Of a stretch of 59,133 nt of DNA, positions 51,926 to 59,133 are shown one piece after another (positions within the stretch are counted from its first letter, which is position 1; each line of letters opens with the position of its first letter). The translations under genes were made by a program, and so were the position numbers. The DNA is from a virus (Duplodnaviria; Caudoviricetes): positions 1 through 59,133 of the IMG/VR virus record IMGVR_UViG_3300037145_000020. One strand, given 5' to 3'. Under the pieces are notes generated by a model, which worked only from the letters and a program-made list of their open reading frames with translations, made no database searches and was not told the origin of the DNA.

Positions 51926-52537
51926 TCAGTTCCACTCAAGGAAGGCCGGCGTCGACCCAGCGCTGGCGATGCAATTCAACTCGCCCGAAGGGACGCCCCC
52001 GGTGTTCGGGCCCCATGCTGCAGCAGCTAGCGGGGCAAGCTGGAACGATCCGGCCGAGTTGAGCACTGCGGTACCGCCCCAATTGCAGGCGATCGACGCA
52101 GTCGTGGAGGTGTTCTGGATTTGCACGAAGGTTACGGCGGTCGCCGCGGCAAGACATATTCCGCTGCTGGTGCCGACCGTGCAGCCAGGGAAGTGGCGCG
52201 CCGCCGGCGGGAGCGATCCGACCGAGATTGGGACCTGTGCGCCGCCGAGCAAGCCCTGGATGGTCATCGCGTAGGCGCTCGGCGTGCCTGCCGGGCCGAC
52301 CATTGCGTTGCCGTTGTAGTCGACCGGGATTGAGGAGAAGCAGAGATAGCTCCCGCAGGCGAAGCCCTTCACGTTGAAGGTCGTGCCGTTGCTGTCCCGC
52401 AGCACGTAGAACGTCGGCGTCTGCGCAGCGGCGTAGGCGGCAATAATTATTGCGGCCGCAAACGTGAGGGCAAAAGTTATCACGCGGCTGAATGATCCGT
52501 ATGACTTGCGCGGCGGTGCCATCAGAAATCCTCTCAT
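51926..52537 (-). CDS. signal-peptide-bearing hypothetical protein
   Basis: Hydrophobic leader ending AAA-Q; six Cys. Confidence 0.65.
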   Translation of the reverse strand: MRGFLMAPPRKSYGSFSRVITFALTFAAAIIIAAYAAAQTPTFYVLRDSNGTTFNVKGFACGSYLCFSSIPVDYNGNAMVGPAGTPSAYAMTIQGLLGGAQVPISVGSLPPAARHFPGCTVGTSSGICLAAATAVTFVQIQNTSTTASIACNWGGTAVLNSAGSFQLAPLAAAAWGPNTGGVPSGELNCIASAGSTPAFLEWN

Positions 52538-53463
52538 GGGAATCCCCCTCCAAGGCCCGGCACCAGTTCGGCTCCAGCCGGCTTTGTCAGATCGGCCGCA
52601 GGTCCGGTCGGCGGCGGCGGTGCGGACCGTGCTTCATTCTGGAGCGTTAAAACCGCCTTAGTCCACCCCGCCGTTTCGAAGAACGCTTCCAGGGGTTGGG
52701 TGACCAACCAATCGCTGCCGTTCGCAAGCGTGACGATATCGCCGCCCTTGAGGCCGACGCGGATAGCACCGCGGAGAACGCCGCTGATGTAAATCGCGCG
52801 GTGCGTCCCCTGAAGATTCAGCATGTCCATGTGGCGGAGTTCGCTGGCCGCCAGTGGCTGGACCTGCGCCATGATAGCCATTGCCGTCGTCATCGCCTGC
52901 GGGAGCACCGTTTGCTGATCGGAAACCGAATAGAGCCCGATTCCCCCATTCGGCAATTGGCCGTTGAGAGCCGGGAGTTGCCCAGTGATGAGCGTCCCGA
53001 CAAATAGTGCATTCGTGTTGTCGATGAGCGTCTGGCCGGCCTGGATGACGCCTGCGGTGATCCCGGTGACGTTGAGAACCGTGCTCGCCGAGGTGACGGT
53101 GCAGGAGTTCAGCGTGCCTGAAGCCGTCGGCGCGCTCAGGACGTAAACGCCTGTGCTGCCTGGTTGGCCGGTAGTTTGCGAGAGGATCGTGGTCCCGGCC
53201 AGAAGCGAGTTCGCGCCATCGCTCCCAGAGACCGCGTCACCGGGCCACAAGCTGCCCTGGATCGCCGTGACGGTGAGATTGGCCCCAGAGGCGCTCGCCG
53301 TCATCGAGCCGCCTATGGAGCCCGTAAAGGCTCCTGGCGTGGCATAGGCGGGGATCGGCGTGCCGTCAGCCGTGAGTGTGTTGCCGGTGCTGGACCGGAT
53401 TCCGACCAGTTGGTTCGGATTCACGGCACCAATCACAGAGGTGATTACCGAGTGAAGATTGAT
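52534..53463 (-). CDS. head-closure/head-tail connector protein; ATC start; nested beta modules
   Basis: GGAGG-5 nt-ATC giving (M)NLHSVITSVIGAVNP; AQVQPL...L.H...LN.QG..R..Y; KGGD; W....LQ. Confidence 0.75.
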   Translation of the reverse strand: MNLHSVITSVIGAVNPNQLVGIRSSTGNTLTADGTPIPAYATPGAFTGSIGGSMTASASGANLTVTAIQGSLWPGDAVSGSDGANSLLAGTTILSQTTGQPGSTGVYVLSAPTASGTLNSCTVTSASTVLNVTGITAGVIQAGQTLIDNTNALFVGTLITGQLPALNGQLPNGGIGLYSVSDQQTVLPQAMTTAMAIMAQVQPLAASELRHMDMLNLQGTHRAIYISGVLRGAIRVGLKGGDIVTLANGSDWLVTQPLEAFFETAGWTKAVLTLQNEARSAPPPPTGPAADLTKPAGAELVPGLGGGFP

Positions 53464-53481
53464 TCTCGCCTCCGCTGAGTG

Positions 53482-53567
53482 TGGTGGAGCCGCCCCGAAT
53501 TGAACGGGACTGCCGCAGGGAGCAGGCTGACTGGAACTGCCTCAAGCGGATTGCACCAGCGAGCCCC
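53482..53567 (-). ncRNA. tRNA-like element with G3:U70 acceptor, T arm and CCA
   Basis: GGGGCTCG...TCCCG-TTCAATT-CGGGG-CGGCTCC-A-CCA; no canonical D or anticodon arm. Confidence 0.55.
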
Positions 53568-54178
53568 TAGTTCTTGAAGCGGACAAACGCGATCTTGATC
53601 GTGCCGTTGAGGGCCGCAGTGGCGTGGATGTTCTGCACCACGATGACCACCGAGCCAGCGCCGGGGGTGACGGTTGTAATCGCCGGGGTGCCTGTCGTGG
53701 CCGAACCGAGTTGGACGCTCGCCATGACCTGGTCGACCGCGGCAATGTCCGAATTGGTGAGGGTGAGCGTGTACTGAGCGCCGGCTGCGGTTGAGAGCGC
53801 TTCCGAGGTAATGACGCCAGCATTCTTGTTCAGCGTCGCTGCGCCAGCAGTCGCTGCGGCTGTCTTGGTCCCGGTATCGACCTGCAGAGTTGTCGAGGTG
53901 ACCGGTGCCGGAGCGGTGCTGCCGAGAGCTGGTGGCGAGGCAAATAGCGACGTGAAGCCAGCACCGGTGACTGCGCCTGATGCGCTGAGCGTCGTTGCGG
54001 CGACGGGGCCAGTCGTGCCGCTTGTGGCCGTCACGGTGGTGAAGGTGCCGGCCTGCGGAGTGCCGGCGCCGATGACCATGTTGTCGATCGCGCCCGGCGC
54101 GCTCTCAAGCGGCTGCGGTGCCACAAACGGGAATACCTGATCGCCGATCTCGGTGAAAAACGTATTATTGCCGCTCAT
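53567..54178 (-). CDS. head fibre/decoration-like protein
   Basis: IDN.VIG..TP.AGTFTT; ATLN..AG.IT..L..A..TLTNS.I...D. Confidence 0.7.
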   Translation of the reverse strand: MSGNNTFFTEIGDQVFPFVAPQPLESAPGAIDNMVIGAGTPQAGTFTTVTATSGTTGPVAATTLSASGAVTGAGFTSLFASPPALGSTAPAPVTSTTLQVDTGTKTAAATAGAATLNKNAGVITSEALSTAAGAQYTLTLTNSDIAAVDQVMASVQLGSATTGTPAITTVTPGAGSVVIVVQNIHATAALNGTIKIAFVRFKN

Positions 54179-54192
54179 GGTCTCTGGCTCCT

Positions 54193-54645
54193 TCAGCCGG
54201 TCTTAACTTCGTAATCGATGCTGGCCAAGAGCTGGCCTGTATCGACCAAGGGTTTCTCGAATCCCTTCCGCCGTATTGTAGCAGGTTTCAGCGGCGGTTG
54301 GTTTGTGTCGATTATCGACTGCCTGATCTGGCCTGCAACGCCCTGCCCGAACTTCTCTAGCGCTGGTTTGGTTTGGTAGTCGTTGTCTTTCAGCAGGTCG
54401 CCGAGCGCCTTCGGCCATTCGGCTTTGTGCTCGGCAATCGCGTTCCGCATAAAGGGCCGAGGGGGGATTCCAGCAGCCGGAGCTCCGAAGTCCTGAATCG
54501 CAGCAATCATGGCCACCGGAGTGCCGTCCGGATAGCGCGACTTCTCAAGCACGCCAACCCGAAGCGTGCCTGGACTGGCGACTTTCGCCGCGAGAGTCCG
54601 AAGCGCCGCTTCGAGTTTGGCTCCCCCGCTCACAACGACAGACAT
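54193..54645 (-). CDS. neck/tail completion protein
   Basis: LRVG....YPDGTPVA.IA...FG....IPPRPF.R; PPL..TI.RKG..KPL.DTG. Confidence 0.85.
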   Translation of the reverse strand: MSVVVSGGAKLEAALRTLAAKVASPGTLRVGVLEKSRYPDGTPVAMIAAIQDFGAPAAGIPPRPFMRNAIAEHKAEWPKALGDLLKDNDYQTKPALEKFGQGVAGQIRQSIIDTNQPPLKPATIRRKGFEKPLVDTGQLLASIDYEVKTG

Positions 54646-54650
54646 TAGGG

Positions 54651-54917
54651 CTATGCCTTCTCCGGCTCTTTCTTCGCTTCGAGCTTATCGCCCCGCAGCC
54701 ATGCGCCGATGATTGGCTCCCATTGAGTGGGAAATCCAGAGATCGCGGCGACGCGCTTCACCTCGTCTGGCCCGAGCGCTTCCAGGCACTTGACGATGCG
54801 CTCATGGCGGTCGCGGATACCATCATCGTCATCGCCATGGAAGATGCGAATCGGCGCAATCGTTTTAGGTGCCGAGCCTGTGGCGCCGGTAGCGCCCGTG
54901 TGACCTTCTTCGCTCAT
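54651..54917 (-). CDS. hypothetical protein
   Basis: Coupled ORF with short GXT tract. Confidence 0.55.
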   Translation of the reverse strand: MSEEGHTGATGATGSAPKTIAPIRIFHGDDDDGIRDRHERIVKCLEALGPDEVKRVAAISGFPTQWEPIIGAWLRGDKLEAKKEPEKA

Positions 54918-55246
54918 GCGGCGGCTCCGTTTGGCTTCGGAGGGTCCGGTTGGGATTCCTCCGGGGAGTTGTTGCCGAGGATTTCGTTGGCCACGTCACG
55001 CATGGCGTCGGCCTCATCCTCGATCATCTTCAGGGCCTTCCCGACGTTCTCAGCCTCTTGCTGGAAGCGGGCTACTGCGGTCGTTGAGCGGTCCCGGAGC
55101 GAACTTGCGATTTTGCGCAAGTCGGGGAGTCCGACCTTCAAGTCACTCGCGAGCCGCTTCCCGCCGACTTCCGGCATGCCGATTCCCCTGAGAATGCGTT
55201 CCGCCTCGGCCCGGAGCCCGTAAGGGCGGCCGGGCGGGACGGCCAT
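54914..55246 (-). CDS. hypothetical protein
   Basis: TAATG coupling. Confidence 0.55.
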   Translation of the reverse strand: MAVPPGRPYGLRAEAERILRGIGMPEVGGKRLASDLKVGLPDLRKIASSLRDRSTTAVARFQQEAENVGKALKMIEDEADAMRDVANEILGNNSPEESQPDPPKPNGAAA

Positions 55247-55701
55247 TACGCGCCGGCACCCGTTGGGCCGGTGGGACCTGTTGGACCTACCACCGGTCCG
55301 GTAATTCCCGTTGGTGCCGTTGGGCCAGTAATGCCGCTCGGGCCGACTGGTCCGGTGGAAGCAGTCGCACCAGTGGGACCGCTTGCTCCTGTGGCTCCCG
55401 GAAGCGACGCGGCCAGTTGCACCGTCTCGGCCGAGACGTCGGCAGCCTGCGCTCCAATCGCTGCGCTCAGGTTCGAGATGTTCGTGGCTGCCGCCTCGAC
55501 TGCGGCGTCGTTATTGGCGGTGAGCGCTTGCCGCAGGGCGGCAATCTCGGCAGCAATGGCGGCGCTGTTGGCGGTGACATTCTGGGCAAGCGTGGCGACG
55601 CTCTGGGTCAGTACGAGGACGGCGGCATTGAGGTCGTCTATGGCAGCCATGATGGCAACTCCTTGTCTGTGAAGCTCATGCAATTCTTCGCGTAGCCGCA
55701 C
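55246..55701 (-). CDS. coiled-coil protein with collagen-like C-terminus
   Basis: Ala-rich heptads then [17 protein letters not shown]. Confidence 0.7.
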   Translation of the reverse strand: MRLREELHELHRQGVAIMAAIDDLNAAVLVLTQSVATLAQNVTANSAAIAAEIAALRQALTANNDAAVEAAATNISNLSAAIGAQAADVSAETVQLAASLPGATGASGPTGATASTGPVGPSGITGPTAPTGITGPVVGPTGPTGPTGAGA

Positions 55702-55706
55702 CTGGA

Positions 55707-55931
55707 TTACTTTCGCTTGGCGGGCGGCTTCGCCAAGATGCGTGCGATGTTCTTCGCGTGGGTGAGCGCGACTGTGGCTTGCGCGGCTGTCTGCGCTTCG
55801 GTCGGTGCCGGGCCTGTGCCGCCGAGGCGCTCTCTCGCTACATGCTCTTCCCAGGCCCGAAGCATGGGCTCGGCGCGCGCCTTGAATTTCATCAGATCGG
55901 CCACCCGCCGATCAATCACATCGATGTCCAT
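55707..55931 (-). CDS. hypothetical protein
   Basis: AGGAG RBS. Confidence 0.55.
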   Translation of the reverse strand: MDIDVIDRRVADLMKFKARAEPMLRAWEEHVARERLGGTGPAPTEAQTAAQATVALTHAKNIARILAKPPAKRK

Positions 55932-55932
55932 G

Positions 55933-56448
55933 TCAGACTCCTGGTGCGAAGTAGGGGCCGGTGCCCGGATAGATTAGCGGATAAATGCCGTTCACTACTA
56001 GCGTCGGTCTGGCGACGTACCGCGCTGTTCTAAATTGGGCGGTCTGGGCCCAAAATTCGAGGCCATATTTTGTCTGCGCGTAGTAGGCGAGTTGGGCGTT
56101 CGCGCTACTACCCACATTCAATTCAACGCCCACCGATACAGAGCCTTCGCTTGCTTGGTTGATTCGACCGACGAGTTGAGAGGCTGGCGTGCCTGTTGCT
56201 GCGGGATTGCCGTTCGCATCCTTCGGACAACTAAGCCAGGCGATATGGGATGTCAGGAGGTAGAGCAGCGCGGCAAGGTTACCGGTGCAGAAGATCGGAT
56301 TAGCTGTGGCGTTCCAGCAAATCAGGCACGCTCGCGCGAAGTACGCCGCCCCCTGCGCTGCAGACAGCGGCGAGAATTCCGGAAACATGGCTTGCCACGT
56401 TTCGAGGCTGAACGTGACCGGCGGATTGGTCGGGAAACCGTTCGTCAT
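55933..56448 (-). CDS. head-tail adaptor (DUF4054)
   Basis: FPEF..LL.LL..HIA.L; VGRI..ASEGSVSV; QT.YG..FW. Confidence 0.88.
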   Translation of the reverse strand: MTNGFPTNPPVTFSLETWQAMFPEFSPLSAAQGAAYFARACLICWNATANPIFCTGNLAALLYLLTSHIAWLSCPKDANGNPAATGTPASQLVGRINQASEGSVSVGVELNVGSSANAQLAYYAQTKYGLEFWAQTAQFRTARYVARPTLVVNGIYPLIYPGTGPYFAPGV

Positions 56449-56457
56449 CGCCCCTCA

Positions 56458-56973
56458 TCAAGAGGCTGTCGCTTGATCCGGACCGAGCTTGGTGAGACCC
56501 ATGTTGATGGGCTTCGGAACGCGAGGGTCCGTCAGGCGGCCGGTCTTGTCGACTTCGCGGGAGATCGGCTCGAGACCGCTCCGGCTCTTGGCGTGCTCTT
56601 TCGCCCATGCAGTTGCGCTCTCAAGCGAGTCATGCGCCACCACCATGTCGCTTTTGACATAATCGGCACCCGCGTTCTGCTTGAGCCACTCGTTCCACCA
56701 TTCCGTGGGGATGCCAGGGGTCATGGCGTAGCCGCCGACGATGATCGGCTTCTCAGGATAGCCATCGGGCGGGAGTGCGGGATATGCGGGCCCGTGGCAG
56801 TGGTAGACCTTGCCGCGCTTTACCCACATGTCGACCACTTCGATACCGCCCTTCGTGTCGACGTGGCGCTTCACCTTTTCCTGCAGTTGCAGCTGGATCC
56901 CGGTGGGGATTTTGCACGCCACAACGACGGTGCGCGCCGTCGCAGTGACTACGGGTTTTGCCTTGTCGACCAT
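56458..56973 (-). CDS. conserved virion-region protein
   Basis: V.VACK.P.G..L; GGY..T.GI...W..W; SGLEP. Confidence 0.8.
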   Translation of the reverse strand: MVDKAKPVVTATARTVVVACKIPTGIQLQLQEKVKRHVDTKGGIEVVDMWVKRGKVYHCHGPAYPALPPDGYPEKPIIVGGYAMTPGIPTEWWNEWLKQNAGADYVKSDMVVAHDSLESATAWAKEHAKSRSGLEPISREVDKTGRLTDPRVPKPINMGLTKLGPDQATAS

Positions 56974-57144
56974 GGGTCTCTCCTATGAAAGTGCCGCGGC
57001 CTCTGATGTAGGCCGCGGCGATCCAGAACGGTCATGAGGCGCTCTGGCCTTGCGATTCGTGGCCCCGCCGACTGCTGACTGCGTTTTCCCCTTCGGGTCC
57101 GCGCTTACGACGGGGCACTCTCTGGGTGAACCTTTAAACCGGGT

Positions 57145-58281
57145 TTAAACGCCGATCATCTGTACGCCGGCTGCGGGGATGCGCCAAACAGTTCCCCACG
57201 TTCCAGACGTCTGTTTCTGCTTCCAAGCCGAGAGCTCAGGCACGATCTTATGCGCGCGGAGCTTCTCGTTGTAGGCGCAGTACACAACCGTCTGTCGCTG
57301 AAGATCGTCTGCGATCAACTGGACGTAATTGCCGGCGGTCGAGAAGCCTTGCGGGTTGTTCGTCGTCTGCTGCCCGTATTGGGGCGCAGTCTCGATCGTC
57401 ATGTTCGGGTAGCCTTCCTTCAGCAGTGTCTTGACGAAAACGCCGAAGGAGTTCGCGAAGGTCATCGCGATCTGGCTTTGCGGGCTCATCACAAGCTTGC
57501 ACTTGCTGTTGATGTCCCATGCGCCATTGGTCTGCGCGACAAGCTGGGTCACCATCGCAACGATGTCGTTGTAGACCTCATTCGCGGTCGCGGCCGGCGA
57601 GCCGTTGTCGAACCATGAGGTTCCGCCCCATGCCTTCGTGGCCGGGGTAAGCGCAGCGGAAAGCTGCGGGTTGTTCAGCAGGCCGTAGTTCTGCAGGCCC
57701 TGCACGCCGAAGGCGTAGGTGAGGTTCTGATACCGGTTGAGCAAGTCCGCCGCAGCGAGGCCGATTTCAGAAATCCAGTTGATCTTGGCGAGGCCAACGC
57801 GGTCGACCTGCAGTTCGCCATAGCTCAGGATCGTCTGGAACAGATAGCTCTGGAGTTGCGGGAAGTTGAAGTTTGCTCCAGCCCTGCCGTTGTTGACATA
57901 GTCATCGTAAGACGAGACCTCGCCTGTGCTTTCCACATAGGGGAAGAACCATGTCTGATCGGTCCACGTACCGGCTTTTCGTTCTCCCGCAATCTTCGCC
58001 AGTTCGAGCGGGGAGAAGATGATCCGGATGATTTCCGGATCGATCGCCGAAGTGAGCATCCATGGCAGCGCAGCGTTCGGGTCGGTCGATAGAGGGCCCG
58101 GCAAGCCGCCGGCGGCGTCCATCGCCATCGCGGCTGGATTGATGCCTCGACGTTTCTCATCGACGGTCAGGTACCGCTTCATGCTCCACGGGAGCACGAC
58201 GCCTTGGGCGGCAAGCTCTCGGCGGTCCTCATTGAAGGCCACCGTGGCTTCGGAGACCGAATTGAACTGCCACTTATCCAT
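57145..58281 (-). CDS. major capsid protein (DUF2184)
   Basis: AMDA..P..L...IDP; E.K.G.W; E.TGEVSSY.D; QSY..QT..YGE; NYGLLN.P; SGTWG. Confidence 0.92.
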   Translation of the reverse strand: MDKWQFNSVSEATVAFNEDRRELAAQGVVLPWSMKRYLTVDEKRRGINPAAMAMDAAGGLPGPLSTDPNAALPWMLTSAIDPEIIRIIFSPLELAKIAGERKAGTWTDQTWFFPYVESTGEVSSYDDYVNNGRAGANFNFPQLQSYLFQTILSYGELQVDRVGLAKINWISEIGLAAADLLNRYQNLTYAFGVQGLQNYGLLNNPQLSAALTPATKAWGGTSWFDNGSPAATANEVYNDIVAMVTQLVAQTNGAWDINSKCKLVMSPQSQIAMTFANSFGVFVKTLLKEGYPNMTIETAPQYGQQTTNNPQGFSTAGNYVQLIADDLQRQTVVYCAYNEKLRAHKIVPELSAWKQKQTSGTWGTVWRIPAAGVQMIGV

Positions 58282-58311
58282 GTGCCTTGCTCCTGTTCCC
58301 CTTCAGCCGCC

Positions 58312-59133
58312 TTAGCCTTGCGAGCCGACCCAGCTGCCGATTTTGACGATTTGGCCTGTGATGCCGGCGCTCAGGGCGTACCACTTGGTCTCAATATTGG
58401 ACTGAGACGTGATGGTCGTGCTCGAGACAACGGTGTTGTTGTTCACCACCATGGTGCCACCAGAACCGCCAGAACCGGTGACATTGGCCGTGATCGAAGT
58501 GCCCGCCACGACGTTCGTGCCGCTAATGGTCTGGCCGACAGCGAATGGTGCGCTGCTGGTGAGCGTGCCGATCGTCAGCAAGCCGTAGGTGCCAGAGACC
58601 GTAGTGCTCGCGACAGGACCCTGTTGGCTGACCGAAAGCTGGTAGCGACCGATACCGCCCGTCGCCTCGCCGGCAAGCAGCGGAGTTAACTGGAAGCTGA
58701 TTTGCGTGCCAGTCGTGATGCCGGTGCCGCTGGTCGTGGAGCCGGGATAAATCGTGCCGGAACCCACCGCAGTAACGGTGAGGACGTCCGTGGCAATCGA
58801 ACCGGTGACGGAGAAGGTCTCAGCAGCAATCGAACTCCCGGTTGCCACAGCCGAATTGGTTGGGCTTCCCGTGGGGCCAAAGCTGATCGCTCCAGTCGAT
58901 AGATTCGCGTAAACCTTCGATGGCGTCGCGCTTGATCCGACCGGGATGGCCTCGGTAGAACCTGAATTGTAGACCCAGAAGTCGCCTTGAACTGCGAGCG
59001 CGACCGGAAAGCCTTGGGGAATGATAAGGCCAGCCGGTGACAGGAAGTACGTATCGAGCGCCTGGGTGTCGTTGTAGACGAAGCCAGCGACGTTGCCGAC
59101 ACCGAAGGAGTTCGCAATCGATGCAGTACCGTT
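58312..59133 (-). CDS. head decoration/cement protein (partial, runs off window)
   Basis: Open frame to window end: AGFV..Q..GDFWV..KVYA..G; C-terminal ETKW......G..VKI. Confidence 0.8.
   Translation of the reverse strand, partial: NGTASIANSFGVGNVAGFVYNDTQALDTYFLSPAGLIIPQGFPVALAVQGDFWVYNSGSTEAIPVGSSATPSKVYANLSTGAISFGPTGSPTNSAVATGSSIAAETFSVTGSIATDVLTVTAVGSGTIYPGSTTSGTGITTGTQISFQLTPLLAGEATGGIGRYQLSVSQQGPVASTTVSGTYGLLTIGTLTSSAPFAVGQTISGTNVVAGTSITANVTGSGGSGGTMVVNNNTVVSSTTITSQSNIETKWYALSAGITGQIVKIGSWVGSQG

Noticed and set aside
53482-53567. Full tmRNA gene or attP site
   Set aside because: Too short, no tag reading frame, and no integrase nearby; kept only as a tRNA-like element.
56035-56988. 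317-aa plus-strand ORF
   Set aside because: Antisense to conserved head genes, with no recognisable motifs.

Overview
The window is about 59 kb of a tailed dsDNA phage genome with a contractile tail (myovirus). The host is probably an alphaproteobacterium (Rhizobiales/Bradyrhizobium-like), inferred from an Omp25/RopB-type 'ADMPLKAP' beta-barrel gene, a GapR-like gene and a DUF3489 gene. Layout: two tRNA-Thr genes and accessory genes (1-8.4 kb); a leftward replication/methylase/RusA block (8.4-12.8 kb); a rightward ERF/YqaJ recombination operon (13-21.5 kb); and a long leftward late operon (21.6-59.1 kb) with lysis, fibre, baseplate, tape measure, tube, sheath, glycosyl/methyltransferase, collagen-like fibre, neck, capsid and head decoration genes. 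No integrase, CI repressor, terminase or portal is recognisable inside the window. Most unusual signals: (1) at least six fibre or virion-region proteins carry Sec-type signal peptides and paired cysteines, suggesting periplasmic maturation of phage appendages; (2) one ~65-aa Thr/Gly/Ser-rich beta module is inserted about 12 times, sometimes nested, in six late-operon proteins; (3) atypical RNAs: a tRNA-Thr with an 8-nt anticodon loop, a pseudoknot-capable RNA upstream of it, and a G3:U70 CCA-ended tRNA-like element inside the late operon; (4) ATT/ATC start codons for the tape measure and head-closure genes; (5) a glycosyltransferase and sugar O-methyltransferase cassette next to a GPT-collagen fibre. 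All product calls come from motif recognition by eye, not database searches.
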